Origin: Bacteroidia bacterium
Lineage (GTDB): Bacteria; Bacteroidota; Bacteroidia; Bacteroidales; UBA932
Direction of reading: 5' to 3'
Length of the DNA: 64,000 bases
Assembly (NCBI GenBank): GCA_009929175.1
Contig: SABC01000006.1
Location: 1,655-65,654, forward strand
Below, piece after piece: positions 46,711-57,513 of this stretch (its first letter is position 1; every line of letters starts with the position of its first letter). The notes under the pieces were generated by a model that was given only the letters and a program-made list of their open reading frames with translations, did not search any database and was not told where the DNA came from. A program made the position numbers and the translations under genes.

Positions 46711-49203
46711 ATGACTCTTCACAAAAGGTATTTTGCTTTTTTTTCAATATTACTGTTTGTTTCTCAACAATTAATGTGTACTGCGATTTTTGCCCGGCAA
46801 AACTCCGGTTTACAAGAGGATTACAAAAAGGCGGTCCAGGTAGAGAAGATTCTCTCTGCAATGACAACAAGGGAGAAGATTGCACAACTATTCATTGTTG
46901 CATTCAACGATAACCCGGAGGACAAAAACACAAAAGAGGCAATTGAACTCATCTCAAAGGAGAAGGTGGGAGGTGTGATCATCATGAACTCATCTCTTAC
47001 TCCCGGAGCCAGGATGATCAACCATCTCCAGTCTCTCTCTGAGGTACCGTTGCTTGTCACCCTTGATGGTGAATGGGGTGCCGCAATGAGGTTTGATTCT
47101 GTCATTGCTTTCCCACGCCAGATGCAGATGGCCTCAATGGACAATGAATCACTTGTTTTCAAAGTGGGTGCAGCCATAGGGGAGCAGACAAAAAGATTGG
47201 GGATGACTGTAAACTATGCCCCTACAATAGATGTAAATAACAATCCTTCCAACCCGGTAATCAACACCCGTGCCTTTGGAGAGAACAAGGAGGTTGTTGC
47301 CAGGTACGGGATTGCTTACCTTAGAGGGATGCAGAGTTCGGGAGTGGCTGGCTCTGCCAAGCATTTCCCTGGACACGGGGATACCGATACCGACTCCCAC
47401 CTCGCCCTTCCCATACTCTCTTTCAGCAGGCAGAGACTGGATTCCCTTGAACTATATCCATTCAGGAAAATCATAGAAGCTGGTACCGATATGGTGATGG
47501 TAGGGCATCTGGATGTCCCGTCTCTGGATAACAGTGGTCGGCCATCCTCCATTTCTCATAAGATTGTCAACGATCTTTTGAGAGTGGAGCTAGAATACAA
47601 TGGGATTATAATAACAGATGCTCTTAACATGAAGGGTGTATCGGAGTATATGCCAAAGGAGCGTCTCCCCCTGGAAGCATATAAGGCAGGAAGTGACCTA
47701 ATCCTGATGCCCGAAAATGTAATACAAGCCATAGATGTCATGGAACGGGCTGTGAAAGATGGAGAGCTTTCTGAACACAGTTTGAATATCAGAGCAAAGA
47801 AAATGCTTATGCTCAAATCCCGCCTGGGCCTTTTTGAATCGACTGTACAAATTGATTTGAAAAACCTTCACAAAGATCTCAACAGACAGTCGTACAAATC
47901 TCTTGTACAGGAGGTTGCCCATAATAGTATGATATTGGTGGAGAACAAAAATGAAAACCTGCCTCTTAGGGAGATGACAGGTATGCGGGTTGCATCCCTC
48001 TCCTTGGGAGGGGATAAGTTTGGTACCGAATTCGGCAACCATGTAAGAAAGTACATTGATGCAGATACAATAGTGATGAGGGGTAAGTACTCCAGGAATG
48101 ATCTATTGGCAACCCTAGACTCTTTGAGGGCATACGATCATATTTTACTGGCAATTCACAATACCGACGCAAGGCCTCAGAGAGGCTTCGGGATAGACAG
48201 TACCGAGATGGAAGTGTTGACAAACTATGCCAATGGCAAAAAGATAACTTTTGTATATTTTGGCAATCCACTTGCCTTGTCAAACCTCAAGAATATAGAT
48301 TCATTCGAATCGGTCTTGATTGCCCATCAAAATACCCTTCACAATAATATTGCTGCAGTAAATATCATTTTTGGGGCCATTGGGGCACAGGGGAAGATGC
48401 CGGTTACTGCCGGACAATATCCGTTCGGTCATTCAATCTCAACAAATGGGGGGATCCGTCATTCATACGGTGTGCCTTTGGAGTTGGCTGATGGATTTGA
48501 CAAATTGGAGGCAGATGCCCAGGATGTCATTAACACATATATTGAAAACCAAGTGTACAATGGTGCACATTTGGTATTCATGGATGGTAACAATGTGGTT
48601 TTAGATAAAGTATCAGGTTCCATGTCTGGCAGTATGCTGGTGGATATGGAGAGGTTTTCGTCCATTCTCACTTTAATTCCTGCAATCATGATATTGCGGG
48701 AAGAGGGAAAACTATCCCTTGAGGAGTTTGATGGGAATGCTCTGTTGTCGGACCTGCTGATGCACAGGTACTCCTCTGATGGTACTATTCTTAACGAACC
48801 TGTTTTTGACAATGATAATGTCAGGAGATTGATTGGGATCGTTGAACGGAAATCTGGTGTCGGTTTCAATGATTTTGTCTGCGACAGGATACTAAAACCA
48901 TTGGGAATAAAAGAGTTTGAATTTAATGGTACAGTCGTCTCTGCAAAGGTGGATCATTTGGTCAGAATGTTGTCCATGCTTAAAGCAGGCGGGGTGTACG
49001 GCGGAAAGAGGATAATGGGTAAGGACAGTGCATCTGATGCTTTGTTGTTTGCTTTCTACTACAGTAAAAACAACAACGGTAGCAATATATGGATTGATTC
49101 CCGGGAAAAAAGGGTGATGATATTTTTGAACGATGGTTCCAAGGAGAATATAAGCGGGGAGATGCTCAGAAGTTTGTTTATCGGATTTGTCGGTCAGAAT
49201 TAG
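46711..49203 (+). CDS. Secreted GH3 beta-N-acetylglucosaminidase with degenerate beta-lactamase-like C-terminal domain
   Basis: Signal peptide; DGEWG, KHFPGHGDTDTDSH (NagZ motif) and ITDALNM nucleophile; C-terminal remnant with DLLMHR and ILKPLG but no SxxK. Confidence 0.85.
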   Translation: MTLHKRYFAFFSILLFVSQQLMCTAIFARQNSGLQEDYKKAVQVEKILSAMTTREKIAQLFIVAFNDNPEDKNTKEAIELISKEKVGGVIIMNSSLTPGARMINHLQSLSEVPLLVTLDGEWGAAMRFDSVIAFPRQMQMASMDNESLVFKVGAAIGEQTKRLGMTVNYAPTIDVNNNPSNPVINTRAFGENKEVVARYGIAYLRGMQSSGVAGSAKHFPGHGDTDTDSHLALPILSFSRQRLDSLELYPFRKIIEAGTDMVMVGHLDVPSLDNSGRPSSISHKIVNDLLRVELEYNGIIITDALNMKGVSEYMPKERLPLEAYKAGSDLILMPENVIQAIDVMERAVKDGELSEHSLNIRAKKMLMLKSRLGLFESTVQIDLKNLHKDLNRQSYKSLVQEVAHNSMILVENKNENLPLREMTGMRVASLSLGGDKFGTEFGNHVRKYIDADTIVMRGKYSRNDLLATLDSLRAYDHILLAIHNTDARPQRGFGIDSTEMEVLTNYANGKKITFVYFGNPLALSNLKNIDSFESVLIAHQNTLHNNIAAVNIIFGAIGAQGKMPVTAGQYPFGHSISTNGGIRHSYGVPLELADGFDKLEADAQDVINTYIENQVYNGAHLVFMDGNNVVLDKVSGSMSGSMLVDMERFSSILTLIPAIMILREEGKLSLEEFDGNALLSDLLMHRYSSDGTILNEPVFDNDNVRRLIGIVERKSGVGFNDFVCDRILKPLGIKEFEFNGTVVSAKVDHLVRMLSMLKAGGVYGGKRIMGKDSASDALLFAFYYSKNNNGSNIWIDSREKRVMIFLNDGSKENISGEMLRSLFIGFVGQN

Positions 49204-49936
49204 TCCCCAAGGCGAATAGTACTATATTGTACAAGATGTAAAGTGCAAAAGTAACCAACAACCATAAAGACCATTTGGCTCCTTTCATGACTGTTGGTAT
49301 AACTGCCAGCAACGAGAGAAGTATAAAGATGATCCTGGTCTTGTTTTCCTTAAATCTTAAGGATTTAATTTTAAGGGAAAACATGGGGATATTGCATACC
49401 AACAAATAGGAGAGAACCAATGAAATTGACGGGTATACCCATATGTTTTCAAACATCTTGTCCAGCCCTTGGTAATATACCGTAAAGTGGATAAATGAGG
49501 CGATCAGGATTGCATTTGCCGGTGTAGGTACACCAATGAAACCCTCTGTCTGACGGGAGTCCGTATTGAATATTGCAAGCCTCAACGCCGATGCCAACAC
49601 AATTACCAATGGGGAGTATATCAACAAAACTGTGACTGGCGCAGCCATTCCTTCAAAATTTTCTGGAGGGATAGAGCTTGTACGGTAAAAAAGAAGGATG
49701 GAAGGAGCCAGTCCAAAACTTACCAGATCGGCAAGTGAATCCAGCTCCTTTCCAATCTCTGAGTAGGCTTTTAAAAGACGGGCAGCAAATCCATCCAAAA
49801 AGTCGAACAATGCAGCTGCAAGGATAAGGTAAACAGCAAAAAGCTGCCACCCTTTTAATGCAAAAATCACAGCAATTGTACCACAAAGCAGGTTAAGCAA
49901 TGTTATTGTGTTTGGAATATATCTTTTGATACCCAT
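49178..49936 (-). CDS. pssA: CDP-diacylglycerol--serine O-phosphatidyltransferase (CDP-alcohol phosphatidyltransferase)
   Basis: IPNTIT, DFLDG..AR......GKELDSLAD, RLA.FN and F.G.P.PA. Confidence 0.88.
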   Translation of the reverse strand: MGIKRYIPNTITLLNLLCGTIAVIFALKGWQLFAVYLILAAALFDFLDGFAARLLKAYSEIGKELDSLADLVSFGLAPSILLFYRTSSIPPENFEGMAAPVTVLLIYSPLVIVLASALRLAIFNTDSRQTEGFIGVPTPANAILIASFIHFTVYYQGLDKMFENIWVYPSISLVLSYLLVCNIPMFSLKIKSLRFKENKTRIIFILLSLLAVIPTVMKGAKWSLWLLVTFALYILYNIVLFALGTNSDRQIR

Positions 49937-49948
49937 TTGAGAGTTGTT

Positions 49949-51130
49949 TTATAAGCCTAGTTTATTCCTGATTTCCGTTGGGATTGATTCAATGTGAACC
50001 ATTACTGAGATACTTTTTGCCCTGAGGAAACTCTCTGACATATTGAGGTATCCTCCGAATTTGTTACGCTCTGTACCCCAGGAGTTTTTGGTTATATAGT
50101 ATTTATTCCCCTTTTGATCCTTGACAATACCGGTCAGTAGCATCAGGTGATCATCGGTAGTTGTAAAGCTTTCGTAACCAGCTTGCCTTATTTCGGGAGT
50201 GACATTAACTTCCGGGAAGATTTCCTTGAATTTATACACCTCGGCATATTTGTCATCTACAGAGAGCTTCTCAAAGCGCGCCCTGTCTTCTCCAATCATA
50301 AATGACAAATCGTTGATTTCCGGATTTATGGCTATACCATTGGCGTGCGAAAAACCTCTTTCGCTAACATCCCCGTCCCAGCATACAGTATAGCCTTTGG
50401 TAAGAGCGTGGTCGATGATTTGCATGAATTCATCCAGAGGGACATTATAAAATTGGGCATGATCCCAGTTGTCCGGCACTTCTATTGTTGATTTTTTATA
50501 AAAGGGGATGTGGGTAAAACTGGTAATCTCTACATAATTATCCATATCCAGACCAAGGTAGGATGCAAAACCGGAAGGTGTGTACTCTTTTCCTTTGTAG
50601 GAAAAATGTTGAGGCACCTCCCCAAAATAAATGTCAAAAAGGGCGTTGACCAGCTTGTTGTATTCAGGGGACCTCTGTTTGAGCTCTACAGTTGCTGCCG
50701 ATATTGCATTTACGAATTTGTTTACCTCCTTATGGTTATTGACAGGAGAGTCGTAGTTTATTCCGGAATATACCTCTTGGGGTACAATACCGTGTTCTTT
50801 TACAATTTTTGTAAACATGTGGGCAAGACTACCTTGTCCAAGATTCCCGTTTCCCCTGCGGAGGTAGTTGTCATTCATCCGATTGATATAGTTTTGCCGG
50901 ACAACAAAGATTTCGGAAAGATCAAACTCGCCTTTTCCAAGGCGCAACAATTCCGATTCGAGAAAAGCAGCAGTGGCGTAACTCCAGCATGTTCCGCTGT
51001 TGGCCTGGTTTTTTACCGGGGTGGCAGGATTCCTTACAACATCGGTGAAGATGTAACCCTGCCCAGATAAAGAAACAAAGCAGAACAGGGAAATAAAAAG
51101 TACATTGAAAAATTTGATGATTTTATTCAT
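49949..51130 (-). CDS. Secreted C1B family cysteine aminopeptidase
   Basis: Signal peptide; VKNQ..SGTCWS (Cys), TTDDH (His) and KNSWG (Asn). Confidence 0.9.
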   Translation of the reverse strand: MNKIIKFFNVLFISLFCFVSLSGQGYIFTDVVRNPATPVKNQANSGTCWSYATAAFLESELLRLGKGEFDLSEIFVVRQNYINRMNDNYLRRGNGNLGQGSLAHMFTKIVKEHGIVPQEVYSGINYDSPVNNHKEVNKFVNAISAATVELKQRSPEYNKLVNALFDIYFGEVPQHFSYKGKEYTPSGFASYLGLDMDNYVEITSFTHIPFYKKSTIEVPDNWDHAQFYNVPLDEFMQIIDHALTKGYTVCWDGDVSERGFSHANGIAINPEINDLSFMIGEDRARFEKLSVDDKYAEVYKFKEIFPEVNVTPEIRQAGYESFTTTDDHLMLLTGIVKDQKGNKYYITKNSWGTERNKFGGYLNMSESFLRAKSISVMVHIESIPTEIRNKLGL

Positions 51131-51141
51131 GGCCTTTTGAT

Positions 51142-52335
51142 TTATTTGATACCTAGCTTATCCTTGATTGTTTTTGGGATGGAGTTTTTATGGACAACGA
51201 TATTCATTGTCTTGTACCTCACAAAAGTTTCCGATACAAACCAATATCCTTTGTAATCTCCGGCTTCTCCCCAGGAGTTCTTTACCATATAATATTTGTT
51301 TCCCTTTTGATCGTTTGCAATACCGTAGATGTGCATACCATGGTCATCCGTTGTTTGACCATTATCAAATGATAATTGCCTCATTTCTTGAGTAATGCTC
51401 ATTTCTGGAACAATCTCTTCCAAACTGAACAGTTTGTTGCTGAGTTCGGCTGCCGAGACTCCAAGCCATCTCTGCTGGTCCGAACCGGACATGTTTGAAA
51501 CCTGTGTCTCGGGAACAATCGCAATCCCTTTGCGGGTGAACCCTTTCTCACTGACATCGGATGCCCAGAGCACAGTGTATCCGTTGTTGATTGAATGGTC
51601 AAAGATTGTCATGAATTCGTCCAAAGGGAGGTTATAAGATTTGTCCCATCTCCAATTGTCCGGTATCTCAAGGGCAAATTGCGAATAAAATGGGTGGTGG
51701 TTGTATGAAGTCAATGAGATGTAATCGTCAGGATTCAATCCAAGCTCTTTTGCAAAGCTGGAAGGAGTGTACTCTTTTCCTTTGTATGTGAACTTTTGTG
51801 GAACCTGGCCAAGATAGGCATCCAGGATTCCTTGATAACCGACCTTCCATGCCGGACTATATTTACCGTTTGGGTTTTTAAGCAGTGCTTTAACAAAACC
51901 GGCAAGCGCGGCATCCAACTCTCCGTGGACGTGGTTCTCTTCGCCATAATTGAGGCCCGTCATCACCTCTTCGGGTACTATCCCGTAATTTTTCCATACT
52001 GTGAGGACATCACCAAAAGAGCTGCCTGGAGCAAAATTTATATTGCCTCCGGTTCTTATATATTTATCTCCTTTATCGAAATAGGCCTTGGAAACAATGA
52101 ACATTTCGGATAGGTTGTGTTCACCTTTTCCTGTACGGATCAACTCTGACTCCATGAAAGAAAGGGCCGAAAAACTCCAGCATGTGCTTGTTCTGTTTTG
52201 GTTTTTCACAGGTGTGACAGGGAGCTCCTTGATGGTAGTGAATTTATAACCCTCTTTGTTGGAACCTGCTTCCTGGCCGTTGATTTGAACCATGGAAAAT
52301 GAGAAAAATAACGCCAGTATGAATAGCTTCTTCAT
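51142..52335 (-). CDS. Secreted C1B family cysteine aminopeptidase (paralog)
   Basis: Signal peptide; VKNQNRTSTCWS, TTDDHGM and KNSWG. Confidence 0.9.
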   Translation of the reverse strand: MKKLFILALFFSFSMVQINGQEAGSNKEGYKFTTIKELPVTPVKNQNRTSTCWSFSALSFMESELIRTGKGEHNLSEMFIVSKAYFDKGDKYIRTGGNINFAPGSSFGDVLTVWKNYGIVPEEVMTGLNYGEENHVHGELDAALAGFVKALLKNPNGKYSPAWKVGYQGILDAYLGQVPQKFTYKGKEYTPSSFAKELGLNPDDYISLTSYNHHPFYSQFALEIPDNWRWDKSYNLPLDEFMTIFDHSINNGYTVLWASDVSEKGFTRKGIAIVPETQVSNMSGSDQQRWLGVSAAELSNKLFSLEEIVPEMSITQEMRQLSFDNGQTTDDHGMHIYGIANDQKGNKYYMVKNSWGEAGDYKGYWFVSETFVRYKTMNIVVHKNSIPKTIKDKLGIK

Positions 52336-52366
52336 AAGTGTTTAGTTTTATTTAGTTTGTAAATTT

Positions 52367-52374
52367 CAAAGGTA
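52367..52374 (-). promoter_or_regulatory. -7 promoter box for the C1B peptidase pair
   Basis: TACCTTTG on the minus strand. Confidence 0.6.
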
Positions 52375-52394
52375 TTAAAAAAAGTGGTTACACC

Positions 52395-53018
52395 CTAGGG
52401 GATTTTCATATATTTGTGGGTTTGCAAAGATATACGCCACTCCGGGTTGTTTTTGATGTATTCTACAATAATGGGTGTGATGTACTCCCTTTTACTCCAT
52501 TCAGGTTGCATATAGAGGAAACAGGAGTCAGATACCAGATTCCGGTTCTCCTCTGCCCAAAGGAAATCTTGTGCCTCTTCGATGATTACCTTGAGTTCGG
52601 AAGCTTTTTTATGGATATCTCCGATCGGGGGTTTTTTCTTTTTGGGAGAGAGGCAAATCCAATCATAAGTCCCTGATAGGGGATGTGACCCCGAAGTTTC
52701 AAGAAAAATTTCCATTCCTTTGTTCTTCAAAGTTGTGCACAGTATGTCAAGTGGGTAAGTCAGAGGTTCACCTCCGGTTATAACAATAGATTTCGCTTTA
52801 TACATGACCGCTTGCTCAATTATTGTTTCCACCGGTGTCGGTGGATATAACGAGGGATTCCATGTCTCTTTTGCATCGCACCAGCTGCATCCTACATCAC
52901 ACCCGCCCAATCTTATGAAAAATGCAGCCTTTCCCGTGTTATACCCTTCGCCCTGCAGTGTGTAGAAGCTCTCTGCAAGTGGCAACAATGCGCCACCTTT
53001 CAATTCTGGGGTTCTCAT
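52395..53018 (-). CDS. queE: 7-carboxy-7-deazaguanine synthase (radical SAM)
   Basis: ESFYTLQGEG, FIRLGGCDVGCSWCD, ITGGEP, ETSG, SPK and LQTHK; TAACTTTG box at 53038-53031. Confidence 0.93.
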   Translation of the reverse strand: MRTPELKGGALLPLAESFYTLQGEGYNTGKAAFFIRLGGCDVGCSWCDAKETWNPSLYPPTPVETIIEQAVMYKAKSIVITGGEPLTYPLDILCTTLKNKGMEIFLETSGSHPLSGTYDWICLSPKKKKPPIGDIHKKASELKVIIEEAQDFLWAEENRNLVSDSCFLYMQPEWSKREYITPIIVEYIKNNPEWRISLQTHKYMKIP

Positions 53019-53057
53019 CTTTTTTTTTTACAAAGTTAGCAGGGATTTTATAAAAAA

Positions 53058-53096
53058 TGTCTTTTTGTCAGTTTTATCGAGGTGGCAGATTTGTTG
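53058..53096 (+). promoter_or_regulatory. TGTC-N4-TGTCA box plus sigma54-like element upstream of clpB
   Basis: TGTCTTTTTGTCA (53058-53070) and TGGCAGATTTGTTG (53083-53096). Confidence 0.5.
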
Positions 53097-53128
53097 TACT
53101 TGTGTGTGTAAATTAAAAATTGAAGGCT

Positions 53129-55261
53129 ATGAGCAATCAAAAATATCAAGCTTTGGAAAGTTTTGCCATGAATCTCAATATGATGGCAAAATCGGGGAAA
53201 CTCGATCCAGTAATTGGGAGGGACGAAGAGATAAGAAGGGTTCTTCAGATACTCAGCAGGAGAACCAAAAACAATCCTATTCTTGTGGGAGAACCGGGGG
53301 TAGGTAAAACAGCAATTGCAGAGGGGATTGCCCAAAGGATTGTCCAGGGCGATGTGCCGGAAAACCTTAAGAGCAAAATAATCTATTCACTGGATATGGG
53401 AGCACTCATTGCAGGTGCAAAATATAAAGGTGAGTTCGAAGAGCGTTTAAAAGGTGTTGTTAAAGAGGTTATCTCTAGCGATGGTGAGGTCATACTCTTT
53501 ATAGATGAGATACATACGTTGGTCGGAGCCGGCCGGTCGGATGGAGCAATGGATGCTGCAAACATCCTGAAACCTGCATTGGCAAGGGGAGAACTGAGGG
53601 CTGTGGGATCCACTACGCTTGACGAGTACCAGAAATATTTTGAACAAGATAAGGCATTGGAGAGGAGGTTCCAGATGGTTATGGTAGATGAGCCATCTCC
53701 TGCAGAGGCAGTTTCGATCCTCAGAGGATTAAAGGAGAGATATGAAAACCATCATAAAGTACAGATCAAGGACGATGCAATTATTGCTGCCGTTGATCTT
53801 TCACACCGATACATTACATCCAGGTTTCTTCCCGACAAGGCTATCGACCTTATAGATGAAGCAGCCTCCAGATTAAGACTGGAAATGAATTCTGTCCCCG
53901 AAAGTATCGATGAGCTTAACCGTAGGATCCGGCAACTCGAAATCGAAAAAGAGGCGATTAAAAGGGAGGGGAATAAGGATAAGAGCGAAGAGCTTGCAAA
54001 GTTATTGAGCGAACTGATCCATGAAAGGGACGAAAAAAATTCTGTCTGGCAAAGCGAAAAAAGAATTGTTGAACAGGTGCAGAAAAAAAAGATTGAGTTG
54101 GAAGATCTTAAATTCAAAGCTTTGGAGGCCGAAAGGAGTGGGGACTACGGTAAAGTGGCAGAAATCCGATACGGAAAAATGGTTGCAATCCAAAATGAGA
54201 TAGATGAGTTCAACAAACAAAAAGGAGCCGGTCGTTTTACAATGATAAACGAGTATGTAGAACCTGAATCAATTGCCGAGGTAGTTGCAAAATGGACCGG
54301 TATCCCGGTAAAAAGGATGTTGGAGAGTGAGAAGGAAAAACTAATCCGCATGGAAGATGTTTTACACAAAAGGATTGTGGGACAGGATGAGGCAATATCA
54401 GCTGTTTCGGATGCCATCAGGAGGAGCAGGGCCGGGCTGCAGGATTCCCGAAGGCCAATCGGCTCATTCCTTTTCATGGGAACCACAGGTGTTGGGAAGA
54501 CTGAGCTGGCAAAGGCACTTGCAGAATTCTTGTTTAATGACGAGAATATGCTTACAAGGATTGATATGAGTGAGTACCAAGAGAGACACTCCGTATCTCG
54601 TCTTGTCGGAGCTCCCCCCGGGTATGTGGGCTACGACGAGGGTGGTCAACTAACAGAGGCTGTAAGGAGGAAACCTTATTCGGTCATCTTGCTGGACGAA
54701 ATTGAGAAGGCCCACCCAGATGTTTTCAATATTTTGCTCCAAGTCCTGGATGATGGCAGATTGACAGATAATAAAGGCAGGACTGCAGATTTTAAAAATA
54801 CTATCCTTATCATGACATCCAACGCAGGTTCTGCATTGATTCAGGAGAACCTCTCCAGGATGGACGAAGAGAACCGAGAAGAGGTTCTGGAAAAAACCAG
54901 GCTGGAGGTACTGGAAGTATTGAAATCCAGCGTTAGGCCAGAGTTTATAAACAGGATAGATGAGATTATCATGTTTCACCCTCTTACAAAACAAAATATT
55001 ACAGACATTCTAATGTTGCAGATAGAGGGTGTCAAAAAGTTGGTTGGGGAGATGGGAATACAACTTGAGTTCACGGAGTATGCAATCAGCTATCTTGCCA
55101 AAAAGGGTTATGATCCCTCCTATGGCGCCAGGCCTGTCAAAAGAATACTGCAAAAGGAACTTGTGAATGAACTTGCAAAGTCATTGTTAAAAGGGAGCAT
55201 CAACAAGGATAAACCAGTAATTGTAGACAATTTCGAAGATAACCTGGTGTTCCGTAACTAG
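53129..55261 (+). CDS. clpB: ATP-dependent chaperone ClpB lacking the N-terminal domain
   Basis: [15 protein letters not shown], two Walker A motifs ([16 protein letters not shown]), [12 protein letters not shown], coiled-coil M domain, GAPPGYVGY and GARP; about 710 aa from ATG 53129. Confidence 0.93.
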   Translation: MSNQKYQALESFAMNLNMMAKSGKLDPVIGRDEEIRRVLQILSRRTKNNPILVGEPGVGKTAIAEGIAQRIVQGDVPENLKSKIIYSLDMGALIAGAKYKGEFEERLKGVVKEVISSDGEVILFIDEIHTLVGAGRSDGAMDAANILKPALARGELRAVGSTTLDEYQKYFEQDKALERRFQMVMVDEPSPAEAVSILRGLKERYENHHKVQIKDDAIIAAVDLSHRYITSRFLPDKAIDLIDEAASRLRLEMNSVPESIDELNRRIRQLEIEKEAIKREGNKDKSEELAKLLSELIHERDEKNSVWQSEKRIVEQVQKKKIELEDLKFKALEAERSGDYGKVAEIRYGKMVAIQNEIDEFNKQKGAGRFTMINEYVEPESIAEVVAKWTGIPVKRMLESEKEKLIRMEDVLHKRIVGQDEAISAVSDAIRRSRAGLQDSRRPIGSFLFMGTTGVGKTELAKALAEFLFNDENMLTRIDMSEYQERHSVSRLVGAPPGYVGYDEGGQLTEAVRRKPYSVILLDEIEKAHPDVFNILLQVLDDGRLTDNKGRTADFKNTILIMTSNAGSALIQENLSRMDEENREEVLEKTRLEVLEVLKSSVRPEFINRIDEIIMFHPLTKQNITDILMLQIEGVKKLVGEMGIQLEFTEYAISYLAKKGYDPSYGARPVKRILQKELVNELAKSLLKGSINKDKPVIVDNFEDNLVFRN

Positions 55262-56880
55262 TTGTACAAATAGCGTTTTATTTTTTGGGTAGCCGTCTTC
55301 TCAAATGGAGCCGGCTGTTCAATTATTTCGTTAACTCGTGAGCTTCTGTTTACCCTTCCGTTGACAAATTCAAGCACTTCGTTTTTGATTTTCCTGATTT
55401 TTTCCTCGAGGTTTGTGTTGTGTGAATCTCCCAGGTTTAGTGATTCGTTCTTGATTTCGTCATAGTTAAAGTGGACCCTGGCAACCAGCTTCCCTTTTCT
55501 TTCCAGCACGAGTGATTCAAGTACCAGGTCACATTCATTGAAAAGTGATTCAATCTCTTCGGGGTAAATGTTTTCTCCGTTGGAACCTACAATCATATTG
55601 TCCCTGCGTCCCTTGATGAACAGGTTCCCGTCCTTGTCCATGAATCCCAGATCTTTGGTGCGGAACCATCCATCTTGTGTGAAAGCTTTGGCCGTACTTT
55701 CGGAATCTTTGTAATAACCCATCATGACGTTGGGGCCTTTGATAACAATTTCTCCTATGTTTTTTTCGTTTGGATTTGAAATCTTCAACTCAATCCCTTT
55801 GAGAGCAGGACCGGTAGATTGCCATTTGACTTTGCCGGGAGTAGCACCTGCCAGCAATGGTGATGTTTCGGTAAGACCATAACCAATTGCGTAAGGAAAC
55901 CTTGCATCCCTCAGGAAATTCTCTACAGCTCCGTCTAATTTTGACCCGCCAATGCCAAAAAAACGTAACCTTCCACCAAATGTTTCCAAAAGTTTTTTTC
56001 CTGCAATTTTGTGTAACAACCTTCTTATTATTCCAATTGAATAGAACAACCTCATAACCGGATTATTTGTGAACATAGGCCTTATCTTGAGTTTGTAGAT
56101 CTTCTCTACAATAAGCGGGACACTCAACATAATTGTGGGCTTGACAGATTTTAGAGCAGGCATAAGCAGTGCAGGGGTAGGAGCCCCGTTGAGGTAAACC
56201 ACCTTGGAGCCGAATGAGATGGGGAATAACATCCCGATACTGCATTCGTAGGCATGGGAAAGTGGCAGGATTGACAGAAAGATATCGCTTTCACGGATTG
56301 GAAAGAGTTCGAAGGACATTTTTGTCTGTGCAACAAGATTGGCATGTGAAAGCATCACTCCTTTTGATGCTCCGGATGTTCCTGAGGTGTATATGATACT
56401 GGCAATCCCCTCAGGAGAAGGCTTAGGCGGCTGAATATCGGTCATTATCCCATCACCTTTCAGAACTGACAAATCGTCCATAGAGAGAACCAATGACAGT
56501 TTGTCCTTAAGGTGTCCGGGAATCTTGTACTCAAGCCTGGAAGAGATAATAAGGGCTATGGATTCGGAGTGGTCTATAATATTGACAATCTCAAAAGCAG
56601 TAAAATCAGGTAGTATGGGTACAACTACAGCACCAATTGTGGTGATGGCAAAATAGGAAATCACCCAGTTAGGGCTGTTAGTGCCTAATATAGCCACCTT
56701 GTCGCCTTTACCAACTCCATGTTTGAGCAGCAGTCCCGATAATGCATCGGTCTTACGACCAAATTCTGAATAAGTCATCTCATTACCATCGGCAGATGAT
56801 AGTGCTACATTATCCTTGAAGCGGGTAATGCTTGAAATGTAAATATCGTATAGTGTATTATATTCCGTGTTTTTATCCAT
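55258..56880 (-). CDS. Long-chain fatty acid--CoA ligase (AMP-binding)
   Basis: [26 protein letters not shown] and [10 protein letters not shown]. Confidence 0.9.
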   Translation of the reverse strand: MDKNTEYNTLYDIYISSITRFKDNVALSSADGNEMTYSEFGRKTDALSGLLLKHGVGKGDKVAILGTNSPNWVISYFAITTIGAVVVPILPDFTAFEIVNIIDHSESIALIISSRLEYKIPGHLKDKLSLVLSMDDLSVLKGDGIMTDIQPPKPSPEGIASIIYTSGTSGASKGVMLSHANLVAQTKMSFELFPIRESDIFLSILPLSHAYECSIGMLFPISFGSKVVYLNGAPTPALLMPALKSVKPTIMLSVPLIVEKIYKLKIRPMFTNNPVMRLFYSIGIIRRLLHKIAGKKLLETFGGRLRFFGIGGSKLDGAVENFLRDARFPYAIGYGLTETSPLLAGATPGKVKWQSTGPALKGIELKISNPNEKNIGEIVIKGPNVMMGYYKDSESTAKAFTQDGWFRTKDLGFMDKDGNLFIKGRRDNMIVGSNGENIYPEEIESLFNECDLVLESLVLERKGKLVARVHFNYDEIKNESLNLGDSHNTNLEEKIRKIKNEVLEFVNGRVNRSSRVNEIIEQPAPFEKTATQKIKRYLYN

Positions 56881-56901
56881 GACCTGTTACTTCTTATAAT
56901 A

Positions 56902-56963
56902 CAAAGATAAAAAATATTCAAAACAGCAGTGTGTTGCTAATGGCTTGAATTTTGTTAATTTTG
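56902..56963. promoter_or_regulatory. Divergent promoters (acyl-CoA ligase / DUF6913 operon)
   Basis: TATCTTTG on minus (56909-56902) and TAATTTTG on plus (56956-56963). Confidence 0.65.
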
Positions 56964-56988
56964 CAGATACTTATTTACACGTTTACTA

Positions 56989-57513
56989 ATGTTTTTTAAA
57001 GAGTACATTCAAAAAAAGGCCCTTAAAAAACTGGATGGGACCAGGATTTCCAGGTACGTTTCTGTTGAGAATATAGAATCTGTTGGCTTTATATTCAACT
57101 TGGAGGAAGAAAACATACTGGATACCATAAAAAAACTTGTAGAAATCTTGGATAAAAGGGACATTAAATTCAAAGCATTGGCAATAAACAGGCAAAATAT
57201 CACCAACGTGTCCCAGATGCTTGATTACCGTATAACGGTTTTGAATAGTAAGAATTTCAAGTATGCTGATGTTCCTCAAAAGTCCGAGATCGAGTTTTTC
57301 ACAAAGGCCGAGTACACTACTTTCATTGATTTCGGGGCTAATTACTCCTTTGCAAATGAATACATATCCAAAGCATCCAGAGCTATTTTCAAGATAGGGA
57401 GGGTTAATTACCAAGACAATCCATATGACCTGCTTATTGACATAAAGGACGGAAACCACAGGATTTACCTTAATTCACTGATCCACTATTTATCTTCAAT
57501 CAAATCTTCATAA
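56989..57513 (+). CDS. Conserved Bacteroidetes hypothetical protein (DUF6913-like)
   Basis: 174-aa ORF with S.A.FKIG...YDL.I and YL..I C-terminal pattern. Confidence 0.6.
   Translation: MFFKEYIQKKALKKLDGTRISRYVSVENIESVGFIFNLEEENILDTIKKLVEILDKRDIKFKALAINRQNITNVSQMLDYRITVLNSKNFKYADVPQKSEIEFFTKAEYTTFIDFGANYSFANEYISKASRAIFKIGRVNYQDNPYDLLIDIKDGNHRIYLNSLIHYLSSIKSS

Noticed and set aside
53020-53029. T10 run before queE as a phase-variation switch
   Set aside because: It reads A10 just upstream of the ATG, outside the coding sequence and promoter spacer; typical of Bacteroidetes A-rich translation initiation regions.
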